Below are positions 1 to 16,312 of a stretch of 64,000 nt of DNA, one piece after another. A program made the translations under genes and the position numbers. Source of the stretch: Eledone cirrhosa (Eukaryota); contig OZ024747.1 in assembly GCA_964016885.1 (NCBI GenBank), forward strand, positions 79,298,001 to 79,362,000, written 5' to 3'. The stretch's first letter is position 1; every line of letters starts with the position of its first letter. The notes under the pieces were generated by a model, which was not told the origin of the DNA, did no database searches, and saw only the letters and a list, made by a program, of their open reading frames with translations.

Positions 1-188
1 TCATCTTCTTCCAACAGTTTAATTTAAATAAACCGTTATCTTTTCAACCTTTCGGACACTCATTTGCATACTCACTCATAACTTTGTATTACCCCCAATA
101 AAGTATTATCTCCACTAACCAGGAAGCTCCAACCGTTAAGGTTGTCTTTTTTCCGGGTATGTCAATATTTATTTATAAAACAAATCTG

Positions 189-254
189 TATTTTATCTGA
201 TGAAAGCGCACCATAATTTGCCTTGGTTGCCCTTGAAATATGTATAATAAAATA
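189..254 (+). ncRNA. Minimal type I hammerhead ribozyme (Penelope-type)
   Basis: tattttat-CTGATGA(197-203)-stem II-GAAA(235-238)-tatgta-TA-ataaaata. Stem I is 8 bp, and stem/loop III is self-complementary with G-U pairs. Confidence 0.75.
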
Positions 255-292
255 AATATGGATTTATAAATATAGTTTCCATTTATTAATAT

Positions 293-335
<43 letters not shown>

Positions 336-339
<4 letters not shown>

Positions 340-627
340 TAATAAAGTAATGAATAAACAAAGAAACAGTTCCTTATATTAAAAAAATTCATCATTTTAC
401 GATCGTTTCTAGGATATATATGAAACGATCGTAAAATGATGAATTTTTTTAATATAAGGAACTGTTTCTTTGTTTATTCATTACTTTATTAATTTATCTT
501 GACTCTGTTTTCCGTTAATTTTCACCGAAAATAGTTTTTGAATGCATCTTCTCTTTTCATGATATCCGGATTACATTGAGTTCTTCATACGGATTGGACA
601 CTACCGTAAATTTTTGGTAGATTTATC

Positions 628-630
<3 letters not shown>
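336..630 (+). mobile_element. Fold-back Penelope-like terminal-repeat element (family A) within (TA)n
   Basis: Inverted arms 336-409 and 422-495 are followed by a unique tail ending at (TA)n. It contains the hammerhead 3' half GAAA-cgatcg-TA. Related copies are at 38803-39360, about 29815-29900 (-) and about 46522-46585. Confidence 0.7.
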
Positions 631-694
<64 letters not shown>

Positions 695-712
695 ATGTGC
701 GTGTGTGTGTAT

Positions 713-828
<116 letters not shown>

Positions 829-959
829 ATATATAAATATATATACGGAATCGGCCTTAAAGAACCAAAACCACGAAGACCTCCAGCGGTTGACTGATGA
901 GGTGGAGGTGTTCTGTGTTTCGACCTTTTTTCATTCATTTTGTATGGGATACACACACT

Positions 960-1024
<65 letters not shown>

Positions 1025-1434
1025 ATCTATGTATATATGTATGTATGTTATAAACATGTCGAACCTTCAGTTTAACACACCACTTTCATATCTTCAACTA
1101 CAGTGAATCCTGTTTCGTTTCAGCGATGAACGAAAATACTTTTCTTTCTTTCTTGTAAAATTGTTGTTTAAATCATTGAATGTGTTTTTCTCATTCCGTG
1201 GTTCGTTGTTATTGTTAATTGTTGTATTGTTTAAGATGGGGAGATGAGGATGTTACTATACGTTGTTATTATTAATTGTTGTATTGTTTAAGATGGGGAG
1301 ACGAGAACGTTACATCGTGAGGTAAAATAATATAAATTAATGTCAAATTAATGACAAATATCAATAATAACATGGTCTAGCAATAATCATTTTTAACAAA
1401 TGAAGACAAAAGTTGGCCCAGCCTGACGGTTATA

Positions 1435-2081
<647 letters not shown>

Positions 2082-2183
2082 CCGCTAATAATATGCAAAT
2101 TACTTCGCCCATTTCAGGATAATACTATACGTGGTAGGGTATATTAGTTACTCGATTACGTATTTCCTTGTGGTTGTTTAAGT

Positions 2184-2252
<69 letters not shown>

Positions 2253-2313
2253 TGAATTGTTTTCCGAGGTGGAAATGAGTACATGACTCTCACCGTTTCA
2301 TTTGGTAAAAATA

Positions 2314-2347
<34 letters not shown>

Positions 2348-3370
2348 TGTGTATGTGTGTACCAACAAGATAGATAGATATATAGACGCCTTTAGTGACA
2401 GATAAAAAAACCTCGTTTTTTAGACAGAAAGAGAAAACAATATCCTAACGAAAGAATAAACAAACAACACCAACAACAACAACAATAACACGATTACTAA
2501 CATCTACAATATCAGTGACACCCCCTTCCACCACCACCACAACTACGACCACGACCACGACGACCCTCCCACCACCACCACCACCACAACGACGACCACC
2601 ACCACCACAACGACCACCACCACAACCACCACCACCACTACTACCACCACGCCATCACTACTGTCACCACAACCATCACCACCACCACCACCACCACCAC
2701 CACCACCACAACCATCACCACCACCACCACTACCACCATTGTTCTGGGTGACCAAACTGTGATGGAGTGTCACACTCCTGGTTGTTAAGGTCAAGTGACA
2801 ACTACGAAGGTGGGCGTTAACCTGGAGTAGTTGAAGGCGGATCATTTAACATTTCTTGTTCAAACTAATGTTAGGACACGCCCACTTACTTCACTCTTCT
2901 CTCGCACTTTTATTCGACTGTCTTTCAACGTACATAGCCACACACACATACACACACACAGACACACATACACATACACATACACACATACACACACATA
3001 CATACACACACACACACACATTCACACACACATAGACACACACACACACACACACACACAGACACATACCTAGACACACACACGCACACACACACACACA
3101 CACACACTCACACACACACACACACACACACATACACATGTATATAAATATATTTTCATTCTCTCATTCTTTCTTACACCTCTCTTTCTCTCTTTCTCTC
3201 TCTCTGTGCCCAACCTCCTCTTCTTCATTCAGCTCCTCCCACTTTTTTTCTTTTTCTTTTCTCACTTTCTTGCTGTATTTCTTCGTTCTTATTCTCCTTC
3301 TTCTTTTCTTTCCAGTTGCCTATAGTGCTGATGTATCTATCTATCTATCTATCTGTCTATCTATCTCCCT

Positions 3371-3401
<31 letters not shown>

Positions 3402-3408
3402 GTGTGTA

Positions 3409-3479
<71 letters not shown>

Positions 3480-3536
3480 ATGTTTGTATGTATGTATGTA
3501 TGTATGTATGTATGTATGTTTGTATGTATGTATGGT

Positions 3537-4050
3537 CCGGGAGAGATGACCCCTTAGCCTTTGTCAAGGCAGAATTCTAGGAGAAGGAAAACTCTGATAT
3601 AACACCTGCAACCCTGATGGTATCCAATGATGTTGACTTGTTCTTCTTTTTGGTAAATATCATCTTGGTTAAGAGAGTGGGACTGGCTTTGTGCAGTACC
3701 TTTGCTCACTATAAAAGCTTCACGGCACAAGCATTGCTTTATATCTGGAGACTTCTCTGCCCTTGTCATTACATAGTACCATGGGCCCAGCACTGTGTCA
3801 ATAATTGTCACAAGTGTAGTGTTTGTACCAGAGTTTTCAAGTCGCTGGCTGGACTAAAAAGTCACATTCGTTCAGCGCATCGGTAGGAGTTCTCCTACAT
3901 GGATATAAAGTAGTGGCCGTACTCGAAAACGAGTTGGCAGCCACCATGTATATATATATACGTTTGTATGTATGTGTGTGTGTATATATGTATGTATGTA
4001 TATATGTATGTTTGTATGTATGTATGTATGTATGTATGTGTGTATGTATG

Positions 4051-4084
<34 letters not shown>

Positions 4085-4669
4085 TGTATGTATGTATGTC
4101 AGGTCACCAGTTGGTGCTACTGGTAACATGTATCCCAGTACAACCTGACTCATGGTCGAGTCGTTGGCGACTAAACTGGCAACCCCACCAAGGTTTCTTG
4201 GTGAGGAGGGTGACTTTGGACATCCTGCAGGAATAAAAACAAAACCTGTCAAAGGGCAAAGGAGCTCTTAAGAGTCAATGGCCATCCAAAATCACCGGGA
4301 GAGATGACCCCTTAGCCTTTGTCAAGGCAGAATTCTAGGAGAAGGAAAACTCTGATATAACACCTGCAACTCCGATGGTATCCAATGATGTTGACTTGTT
4401 TATAAAAGCTTCACGGTACAGGCATTGCTTTATATCTGGAGATCTCTCTGCACTTGTCGTCATATGGTACCATGGGCCCAGCACTATGTGTCAATAATTG
4501 TCACAAGTGTAGTGTTTGTACCAGAGTTTTCAAGTCGCTGGCTGGACTAAAAAGTCACACTCGTTCAGTGCATCGGTAGGGGTTCTCCTACATGGATATA
4601 AAGTAGTGGCCGTACTCGAAAACGAGTTGGCAGCCACCATATATACATGTATGTATGTATGTATGTATG

Positions 4670-4703
<34 letters not shown>

Positions 4704-5314
4704 TGTATGAATGTATGTATGTATGTATGTATGTATGTATGTATGTATGTATGTATGTATGTATGTATTTATGTATGTATAACACAATTTTATGTCAGGT
4801 CACCAGTTGGTGCTACTGGTAACATGTATCCCAGTACAACCTGTCTCATGGTCGGGTTGTTGGCGACTAAACTGGCAACCCCACCAAGGTATCCTGGTGA
4901 GGAGGGTGACTTTGGACATCCTGCAGGACTAAAAACAAAACCTGTCAAAGGGCAAAGGAGCTCTTAAAAGTCAATGGCCATCCAAAATCACCGGGAGAGA
5001 TGACCCCTTAGCCTTTGTCAAAGCAGAATTCTAGAAGGAAAACTCTGATATAACACCTGCAACTCCGATGGTATCCAATGATGTTGACTTGTTTATAAAA
5101 GCTTCACGGTACAGGCATTGCTTTATATCTGGAGATCTCTCTGCACTTGTCGTCACATGGTACCATGGGCCCAGTACTATGTGTCAATAATTGTCACGGG
5201 ATTTTCAGGTCGTTGGCTGGACGAGGGGGTCACACTCGTTCAGCCCATCGGTAGGGGTTCTCCTACATGGATATAAAGTAGTGGCCGTACTCGAAAACGA
5301 GTTGGCAGCCACCA
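3537..5314 (+). mobile_element. Three tandem copies of a non-autonomous RTE-derived element separated by (TATG)n
   Basis: Units at about 3537-3946 (partial), 4098-4638 and 4794-5314. They end in a C2H2 finger (HKCSVCTRVFKSLAGLKSHIRSAHR*) typical of RTE ORF C-termini. The 5' part has the RTE 5'UTR-like ggagaaggaaaactctga. Confidence 0.65.
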
Positions 5315-5429
5315 TAACACAAATTAAGATGATAGAAATAAGTTTTTACATTTTTAATTCTTACACTTCTTTCAGTAGAAAGTTCTTTCTCAAAAATATA
5401 ACTAGGCAAATGTAATAATAAAAATAATA

Positions 5430-5715
5430 ATTGTTTCTACTTTTGGCACAAGGCCAGCAATTATCCCAGTGTATTACTGGTACTTTATTTTATCGACCCC
5501 GTAAGGACGAAAGGCAAAGCTAATCTCGGCGGGATTTGAACTCAGATCGTAAAGGGCCATAATTCTAAGGCACAAGGCCAATGGGATGGGAAAGTCGATT
5601 AAATCGACCCCAGTGCATTACTGGTACTTTATTTTATCGACCCCATAAGGACGAAAGGCAAAGTTAATCTCGGCGGGATTGGAACTCAGGACGTAAAGGG
5701 ATGTAACTATATGCT
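5430..5715 (-). mobile_element. Two adjacent partial tRNA-derived SINE copies
   Basis: B-box (gagttcaaatcccgccgag) and a cctttc.tcctta.ggggtcgataaaataaagtaccag core shared with the full copies at 14859 and 26543. Confidence 0.75.
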
Positions 5716-6529
5716 ACAAAATAGCTAAACGAAAGAATAAACAAACAGCAGCAATAACAACAACAACAACAACAGTACAATAACAACAGGAGCAAGGAGA
5801 TTTTGAATGTTAGGGTTGCTGACGAGGTGTGTTATTTATTGAACCCTGATATGGCTGAGGATGAGAATGGTGATGTAAGAGGAGGGAGACGGATGATGAG
5901 TCAATGGGGTTACGTAGATGGCTTATGGATTTGATGAATTTCGCAGAAGAAAAGAACCCAATGAATATAAGAAGAGTAGATAGGAGGATGAATATGGAAA
6001 CTACAATAAAGATAAATGTTGTATTACAACATATCGAGATATAACGTAAACTAGGAACTTCTTCCGAGCTGTTGCACTGTTTGTAGAGGAACAAATGGGA
6101 TTGACGAGCACTAAGCCGAGTAAGGCAACAGAACCATGGTGGAAAAGACACATTGAAAGTTCCATAATGTGGTTAAGGCAGGATTTAAGTAATATTGAGC
6201 AATGCTTTCGAGGAAAGTGGTAAAATGGGAAAAGGTTGAACGAGAAGCTCTAGACAAGACATATGGAAGAGTGGATTTCCTACAGTAGCTAAAACAAAGG
6301 ATTCGAAAAAAAAACACAATATATAGAGATGTGTAAATAGAAATAAAAGGTCGAGAATAGATTGTTTTAAAATAAAGCAAAAAAAATTGCCTAAGATTTT
6401 ATCTAGTTTATATTTCTTCATACTTTAACGGAACAATTTATTGTTAATCATTAAACAGAGTCATTGCAAATAAAGATATTTCTAGCTGTAATTATTAGGT
6501 TTATTTACAATAGTTTATAACTTTGCCTA

Positions 6530-6844
6530 TTAATCCGTATAGTGAGCAAATGGAGTCCCACGTGCTGGCCACCCCACAGCCCCGGCGGACAGGATGGAGA
6601 AGGCGTTTCCCCGGAGGATAGTAAGGGAGTTGTGCTGGAAGAGCCATTCCAACTCGCGAGGCTCACACCTGCGGCTGGCCAGCTCAGCGTCTATGGTAGT
6701 GAATAGGGAGGTAGCCCTGGGTCCAAGGACACCAGAGGTCTCCACTGCCAAGGGCACGACCGCGAACCTGTCGGAGAGCGACCAGTACTTGGAGAGTTTG
6801 GCCTCCTCAGCCCGATGTGCAACAGTACCTGGGTTAGTTGCAGA
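6530..6844 (-). mobile_element. 3' fragment of a CRE-like non-LTR retrotransposon (restriction-like endonuclease domain)
   Basis: Reads SATNPGTVAHRAEEAKLSKYWSLSDRFAVVPLAVETSGVLGPRA...LFQHNSLTILRGNAFSILS. This fits the AE..K..KY / P.AVET.G / S....RGNA pattern of CRE-clade C-termini. Confidence 0.75.
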
Positions 6845-6885
6845 CTAAGGAAACAATGGGAATGATGCTATCTGTTCAAATTCTA

Positions 6886-6945
6886 GCTGTCTGATGAGGT
6901 CATAACTGTTGCATAACGGTTATCACTGAAATATATAAAACAACG
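6886..6945 (+). ncRNA. Degenerate hammerhead ribozyme (related copy at 36595-36652)
   Basis: gctgt-CTGATGA(6891-6897)-ggtcataactgtt..aacggttatcact-GAAA(6928-6931). The cleavage triplet and stem I are imperfect. Confidence 0.5.
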
Positions 6946-7132
6946 ATTATGAATAAATGAAATGAATTATAAGCTGTTGAGTTGTACTTCATGATTATAA
7001 TTATACTCCGGAGTAAACAGACCCACTTGAGTACTTCTCCGAGTGCTCTTCCCTGCATACAAAACTGTCAGTGATCAACTAACATACTTTAATAACTATG
7101 TTATCTCTTATATAACAACACAACAATGTACG

Positions 7133-7236
<104 letters not shown>

Positions 7237-7317
7237 ATACATATCTCCATGATCCCCAACAGACAACTGATGAAGGAAAATTTTCTCCCGTTCGTGCTTT
7301 CCTCTTGCAACCAACCA

Positions 7318-7368
<51 letters not shown>

Positions 7369-7453
7369 TACGTTATTCCGGGTTGAATCGGAGGTAACCA
7401 CAGTAAGTAAGGTAATCAATACATTGCAGAGTATAAAAGTTTTAATATAGATG

Positions 7454-7504
7454 AGATTCTACAGGACTAGAACTGTTTCATTCTTTAGAAATCATCAGGA
7501 ATCT
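7454..7504 (-). ncRNA. Type I hammerhead ribozyme, GUA site (family C)
   Basis: Minus strand reads agattc-CTGATGA-tttctaaagaat-GAAA-cag ttctagtc ctg-TA-gaatct. Stems I and III pair fully; stem II has a closing mismatch. Confidence 0.8.
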
Positions 7505-7983
7505 GGGTATCAAAAAATAAATATGGTATTTATAGGTCTCTTCAGGTAGTAGGAGAGGGTGGGGAGTGGGATGGGTGGAGGTCATTGGTTGATAGAAAAC
7601 GAAATTCATTAAAAGCTAATTCTTTAAAGCTATAATTTATATTTAGAGTAACAATGGCAGAAAGAATTCTATAAACAAGTTCAGAATGGGGTGCCACTCC
7701 TTATTTTTAAGTTTCTCTTCAGCTAACAATGCCTAGATTTCAGGTGTCTATAAGATCGTTGGGGGTCAGTCATGGTTGATGGATTTAAAGAAAAGGGAAA
7801 TTCTTTAAAAGCTAATTCTTTAAGGTTCTACTTAGTGACAAAGGCCTTGAGAATTCTATAGACCAGTTCAAAATATTGAGTGCATATCATACCATTATCT
7901 TCAAATTTCTCTTAAACTATATTCCAAAAGTCAACAGACGCATTCACAAACACACACACTCACACACTCGCGCGCCCCCCCCC

Positions 7984-8033
<50 letters not shown>

Positions 8034-8037
8034 ACAC

Positions 8038-8068
<31 letters not shown>

Positions 8069-8095
8069 CACACATAAAACCATATAAACATATAT

Positions 8096-8138
<43 letters not shown>

Positions 8139-8253
8139 CATACATATATATATACATACATACATATACACACATACACACATGTACACATATACACACA
8201 TATACACATACATACACATATACATACATATACATACACACACACACACACAC

Positions 8254-8292
<39 letters not shown>

Positions 8293-8373
8293 CACATATA
8301 TATATATACATATACACACATACACACATATATATACACACACATATATATATATAAATATATACACACAAAT

Positions 8374-8406
<33 letters not shown>

Positions 8407-8577
8407 CATACACACACATATACATACATATACATACATACATATATACACATATATATACATACATACACACATACATACATATATATATACACACATA
8501 TATATATACATATATACACACATACACACGTATGCATATATACATATATATACCCATATACATACACATATACATGT

Positions 8578-8620
<43 letters not shown>

Positions 8621-8669
8621 CATATATACACATACATGCACATACACATACACATACACACATACATAT

Positions 8670-8724
<55 letters not shown>

Positions 8725-9005
8725 CATATACATATATATACATATACATATACACACACATATATGTATATACATATACATATACATACATATATATATA
8801 TACATATATACACATATATATACACATACATATACATATATATATACACATACATACATACATACACATACATACACACATATATACACACACATATATA
8901 TATACATATCCACACACATATATACACACATATATACACATATATATACATATACATACATATATATATATATGCATACATATATATGCATACATATATA
9001 TATAC

Positions 9006-9072
<67 letters not shown>

Positions 9073-9537
9073 AATAAATACTCAATAAATATACGCATAT
9101 ACACAGGCACATAAAAACACCTCTATAGGCAGAAAATGCAGATAGGTAAGAGGTACTCACATAACCATAGTGGCCGTATTTCAGGGTGGGGTGGGAAGGA
9201 GGTAGAGGGGCTAAAAGGAGGAAGTCGTTTTTAGCCATCGGGCTTTAACACTGGCTTAAGGTGTTTGAAAGTTGCAAAATTCTTGTGCATGCAGTTCGGG
9301 CAGTGTTCAGAGAGTTTGTTCAGTAGCGGCCCTTGGCGAATAAAATTTCATAGCTCTCTGAGATACAAAGGTCACAGCCCTTGTGTGTATACATATATAT
9401 ATCAGTATATAAGTATCAGCCGTACTAAGAGTGAGAAATGAAATTTCGTTTCATTCTTTTCCATTTATATATATATATATACATAGACATCACCAACCAT
9501 CGTCTCTGGAAACAAAGGAAAAGAGAAAGGAACCAAC

Positions 9538-9589
<52 letters not shown>

Positions 9590-9759
9590 CAATAACAGAG
9601 ATAGTTTAAAGCTAAACTCTGACTGGTAACCATCTCACTCAACAAACATTAGGTTATATTTAAATATAAACCCAATTTAAGTGTTTGGGGTGCTAACAAT
9701 ATGTATAATGTGGAAAAACCAGTTGTATTATTTTATATATATAATATATATATATATAT

Positions 9760-9815
<56 letters not shown>

Positions 9816-9845
9816 TATAAATATAAATATATATATAAATATATA

Positions 9846-10267
9846 TGCAAAAGTTCTATTTAAAATTGTTGGGATACAACAGGTAAATATTTTTATAACT
9901 GATATAAAGCACTCGACAAATATTTAGAGTAGATATACGATATTAATAAATGGAAACTATATTTATAAAACCATATTTATTTCATTATACATATTTCAGG
10001 GATACCAAATTAAATTATGGTATGCCTTCATCAGACAAAATACAATATATAACAGTTTTTTTTACAAATAAGCTTTGACGCATCTGGATGGCTTCCAAAA
10101 ATAATGGTTGCATTTTAAAAGGGTACGTCAAAGCTTATTTGTAAAACTGTTATATATTGTATTTTGTCTGATGAAGGCATACCATAATTTAATTTGGTAT
10201 CCCTGAAATATGTATAATGAAATAAATATGGTTTTATAAATATAGTTTCCATTTATTAATATCGTAT
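9846..10267. mobile_element. Fold-back element with two oppositely oriented hammerheads (9978-10042 minus, 10160-10224 plus)
   Basis: Arms at about 9935-10080 and 10126-10267. Core reads tattttgt-CTGATGA(10168-10174)-aggcatacca..tggtatccct-GAAA-tatgta-TA-atgaaata. Homologous to 189-254. Confidence 0.75.
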
Positions 10268-10299
10268 ATAAATATATATATATAAATATATATATATAA

Positions 10300-11222
<923 letters not shown>

Positions 11223-11332
11223 GATATATATATATAAAAGACAGCGAGAAGCGAAAACCAACCAAACAGTGAGTGTGTTCTGTTATTAATTCTGGCAATA
11301 TTACGCAAATATGACCCTCCCCAAATATAACA

Positions 11333-11363
<31 letters not shown>

Positions 11364-11400
11364 TATATATATATTTTTTTTAAATTATTTTTTTAAAATT

Positions 11401-11433
<33 letters not shown>

Positions 11434-11470
11434 TTATATATATATATATATATATTTACTTATATATATA

Positions 11471-11584
<114 letters not shown>

Positions 11585-11899
11585 AATAAAATGAGAAGCT
11601 TGTTAGGTGTATCGAGTACAAGAAAAAGTGTTTGTGGCGAGCAAAGTTCAAAGGGCGCAATAGAAAATTATATGGTGACCAAAAGTGGCAGAGATATTGT
11701 CATTACTCTGGTTACTGTTAGGTTTTTATGGAATGTCTGCTGCCGTATTTATTGTTACTGACACAACTATCCCGCCACCAAAACCAATTGTTCTGGATTT
11801 TTCTTAGTTTTCCTTGATCTTGTTTCATGTTACGTTATTGTTACCAGCAACAGTAGATTTATTATGGCACATGCTGTTCCTGTTTCTGTTTCTATGTAA

Positions 11900-12021
<122 letters not shown>

Positions 12022-12155
12022 GTGTATATGTATGTGTGTATGTATGTGTGTATGTATGTGTGTATGTATGTGTGTATGCATGTATCTATGTGTGTATGTA
12101 TGTATATATGTATATACATCTATTTATACACACTTTACACACAGACATACATACA

Positions 12156-12220
<65 letters not shown>

Positions 12221-12357
12221 GTGTGTTTGTGTGTGTGTTTGTATGTATGTATACACTGCAGATTTTACTGGTGTATGTGTGTGTGTTCGTGTTCTGCATA
12301 TATTGGCAATTCGCTTGTTAGTTTTGTCTGTTGTTTATATATGTACACATATGTGTG

Positions 12358-12412
<55 letters not shown>

Positions 12413-12470
12413 GGAGTTTTACCCGCCCTAGATAAATATACATATATATATATATATATATATACATACG

Positions 12471-12524
<54 letters not shown>

Positions 12525-12547
12525 TATATATGTGTGTGTATGCGTGA

Positions 12548-12608
<61 letters not shown>

Positions 12609-12764
12609 CACACAAATTTATGTTAACCCCAGTACTTGACTGGTATTTATGATAGCCCTGAATGATGAAAGGCAAAGTTGTACTCAGTAAGTTTTGAACG
12701 TAAAAATATGGAAGAAATCCCATCAAAAGTTTTTACAAATACTTTAAGACCTTAAGACATCATC

Positions 12765-12905
12765 ATTGTCTCTACTTTAGGCACAAGGCCAGCAATTACC
12801 CAGTGCATTACTGGTACTTTATTTTATCGACCCCGTAAAGATGAAAGGCAAAGTCAACCTCGGCGGGATTTGAACTCAGATCGTAAAGGGACGTAACTAT
12901 GCTGG
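12765..12905 (-). mobile_element. tRNA-derived SINE, partial
   Basis: Same B-box, core and 3' end as the other copies. Confidence 0.75.
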
Positions 12906-13413
12906 AAAGAATAATGGTTTCAGATTTAGGCACAAAGTTTTGGGAGAGAATAGTCGAGTATATCGACCACAGTTCTTTACTTGGATTTCATTTTATCGAT
13001 TAAATCGACACCAGCAGATAGATAGAAAGATAGATATACCCACACATTCATCTACATATGAATAGATAGAAAGATGTATCTATGTATCCATAGCTCCTGG
13101 TAGAGTCGTAGGAACATTGTAAGGATATACAGCGTGTCTCCGGGGGTTTTAGCCCTGGCGGAACCCTTACCCTCTCCAGGAGTCAATGCAACCGATTTTA
13201 CAAGGAGAGAAAGAGTGAGAGACAGGAAATGAGAAGGAGATAAAGAGGGGGAGTCAAATCCAGTACAAGACTGGTACTTTTTTTATCGACCTCGAAAGGA
13301 TGAAAGGTAAAGTTGACCTCGGCGTGATCTGAACTGTGAGAGTGGAGAGCCTGAATGAATACCACAATTCACTGCCTTAAATAGATTAATTATGATATTT
13401 ATTAAACTAGGCT

Positions 13414-13598
13414 AGGGCGGTGGATTGACAGTATCGGTAGAGGGTTGGACTCCATGCTTTGTAGCATAGAGTTATGTTCTGAGTTCAAATCCCACCAAGG
13501 TTAACTTTGCATTTCATTTTTACGGGGTCTATACAATAAGGTACCAGTAATACACTGGGGTAATTGCTGGCCTTGTGCCAAAAGTAGAAACAATTATA
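13414..13598 (+). mobile_element. tRNA-derived SINE, near full length
   Basis: A-box (tgacagtatcgg), B-box (gagttcaaatcc), core, and 3' end gctggccttgtgccaaaagtagaaacaatt. Confidence 0.8.
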
Positions 13599-13894
13599 AT
13601 ATCTATTAAACTACGCAAACTTTGCTATTTCAACTCATCCCCCATAAAACTCATAGACTCACAAAACAGACAATTATGTTTTTACTGTTTAAATTAAGTT
13701 TAACAAAGATTATCACTGAATAATCATAGATGATTAACGTTTTAATTACATAAGAAAAACAAAAAGAAACAACCCGGAAATTACACTGTTCTCCGTTTCC
13801 GGTCAGTTCACCTTATATGGTGAACTGACCAAGAGGTTGGGATCACCTCTTTTTCAACAAAGTTAAATATCTACTGGTGTAGCGACTATATATT

Positions 13895-14003
13895 GGTCTC
13901 CAGCGCATCTCCCTTACCATCCTCCAGGGACACGCCTTCCCCATTCTGTCTGCCGGGGCTGTGGGGCGGCCAGCACGTGGGACCCCATTTGCTCACTCTA
14001 CAG
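13895..14003 (+). mobile_element. Second, shorter CRE-like 3' fragment
   Basis: Reverse-complement homolog of 6537-6645; reads LQRISLTILQGHAFPILSAGAVGRPARGTPFAH. Confidence 0.65.
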
Positions 14004-14142
14004 AGAGATGGGGAGGGCGAGAGAGATGGAGGCGATGACGGTAGGAGTTCGGCTCTTCTGTGTTCAGAGACATTGTACCTGCCCAGAGTGTATTTTCATA
14101 CTTGGTTAAGAGAGAATGAAGGGACGTGAACCGCCGTACAAG

Positions 14143-14219
<77 letters not shown>

Positions 14220-14252
14220 GGTGGTGGTGGTGGTAGCAGCAGTAGTAGTAGA

Positions 14253-14332
<80 letters not shown>

Positions 14333-14858
14333 ATATAAATATTTAAAAAACCATTGATGCTGTAATCGTTCAGAGCAACGTAAACTGTCAAATAAAAGTA
14401 TTAAAAGAAACAAAACAACAACAAACAAATCAACAGCAACATAAAGAAACACACAAACAAAACAAACAAACAAAAATCATTAGGCAAAATGGCGGATATA
14501 GTTGATACAACGAGAGCGGCGTTCATTGCTTTAACAAGATATCATTAACTATTGAATTGTTTTTATACGTGGTGGCATCCGGTACTGATTTCAGAGATCT
14601 TAATCAAAAGCTCATTATGGTGTGTTATAAAATATTTTAACGACATCTCGCTAATCCGCAGCAAAGTCTTTAACAGAGATAAAATATAACCAAACAAACC
14701 TCTTCACTGTAATTGGTAATTTAAGGTGGCCACGTGTCGTTTATTTTACTTTCTCCTCCGACAAACACCATCTTATTTTCCTTTACGTCGTCTCACCATC
14801 AACTTATTTATATCATAGCCGATTATAGGCCGATTATAGCGCGTTATATATTATATAA

Positions 14859-15262
14859 GGGGCGGTGGATTGGCAGTATCGGTAGAGGGTTGGACGCCAT
14901 GATTTGACGCATAGAGTTACGGCCCTTGCCATTCTGAGTTCAAATCCCGCCGAGGTTAACTTAACCTTTCATCCTTACGGGGTCGATAAAATAAAGTACC
15001 AGTAATGCACTGGTGTTATTGCTGGCCTTGTGCCCAAAGTAGATACAATTATATATATACATTATATAAGGACGTGGATTGGCAGTATCGGTAGAGCGTC
15101 AGACACCATGCTTTGTAGCATAGGGTTATGGCTCTTTACAGTCTGAGTTTAAATCCCACCGAGGTTAACTTAACCTTTCATCCTTACGGAGTCGCTAAAA
15201 TAAAGTACCAGTAATACACTTGGGCTAATTGCTGGCCTTGTGCCAAAAGGAGAAACAATTAT
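14859..15262 (+). mobile_element. Two tandem full-length tRNA-derived SINEs (14859-15050 and 15068-15262)
   Basis: ggggcggtggattggcagtatcggtagag (A-box) and gagttcaaatccc (B-box). The central cctttcatccttacggggtcgataaaataaagtaccag resembles, from memory, the Meta-domain of MetaSINEs. Confidence 0.8.
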
Positions 15263-15396
15263 TATCGTACACGCACACACACACACATATATATATAGGC
15301 ACACACACACACACACATATATAGACACACACACACAAGTACAGTATATAGCCCAAGACAAACAATGAAATCTAAATGTAAACACGTCGATGAAGT

Positions 15397-16230
15397 CGGT
15401 TGTTTATCTGTACACACATACACTGAACAGCACACACACACACACACGGTTGTTTATCTCTACACACATACACTGAACAGCACACACACACACACACACG
15501 GTTGTTTATCTCTACACACATACACTGAACAGCACACACACACACACACGGTTGTTTATCTCTACACACATACACTGAACAGCACACACACACACACACA
15601 CGGTTGTTTATCTCTACACACATACACTGAACAGCACACACACACACACACGGTTGTTTATCTCTACACACATACACTGAACAGCACACACACACACACA
15701 CGGTTGTTTATCTGTACACACATACACTGAAAAGCACACACACACACACACTGTTGTTTAGCTGTACACACATACACTGAACAGCACACACACACACACA
15801 CACACACACGGTTGTTTATCTGTACACACATACACTGAACAGCACACACACACGCGGTTGTTTATCTGTACACACATACACTGAAAAGCACACACACACA
15901 CACACGGTTGTTTATCTGTACACACATACACTGAACAGCACACACACACACACACACACATACACACACGGTTGTTTATCTGTACACACATACACTGAAC
16001 AGCACACACACACACACACACACGGTTGTTTATCTGTACACACATACACTGAACAGCACACACACACACACGGCTGTTTATCTGTACACACATACACTGA
16101 ACAGCACACACACACACACACACACACACGGTTGTTTATCTGTACACACATACACTGAACAGCACACACACACACACACGGTTGTTTATCTGTACACACA
16201 TACACTGAACAGCACACACACACACACACG
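15397..16230. repeat. Minisatellite of about 40-50 bp: ggttgtttatct(g/c)tacacacatacactgaacag(ca)n
   Basis: About 18-19 tandem units with a constant core and a variable (CA)n tail. Confidence 0.95.
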
Positions 16231-16275
16231 TCCATCTATGCTGGTGCGTCTACCCATGTATCAAAAAACTGAATG

Positions 16276-16312
<37 letters not shown>

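Noticed and set aside
893-935. CTGATGA at about 894 and about 7268 as hammerheads
   Set aside because: No correctly placed stem II, GAAA or stem I partner.
5810-6421. Possible Penelope ORF N-terminus (RQSHLFLYKQC...VP)
   Set aside because: The resemblance is too short and the frames are broken; it needs a profile search.
7876-9238. Long ORFs of up to 435 aa (YI/VC/HT repeats), and similar ones at 32408-33510, 55434-57327 and 61443-63992
   Set aside because: They are translations of (TA)n, (CA)n, (CATA)n and the 16/18-bp minisatellite, which lack stop codons by composition.
14859-14960. tRNA gene
   Set aside because: A and B boxes are present, but I see no cloverleaf, and it continues into a SINE body found many times in the window.
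15397-16230. Constant repeat with variable spacers resembling CRISPR
   Set aside because: The spacers are only (CA)n of varying length.
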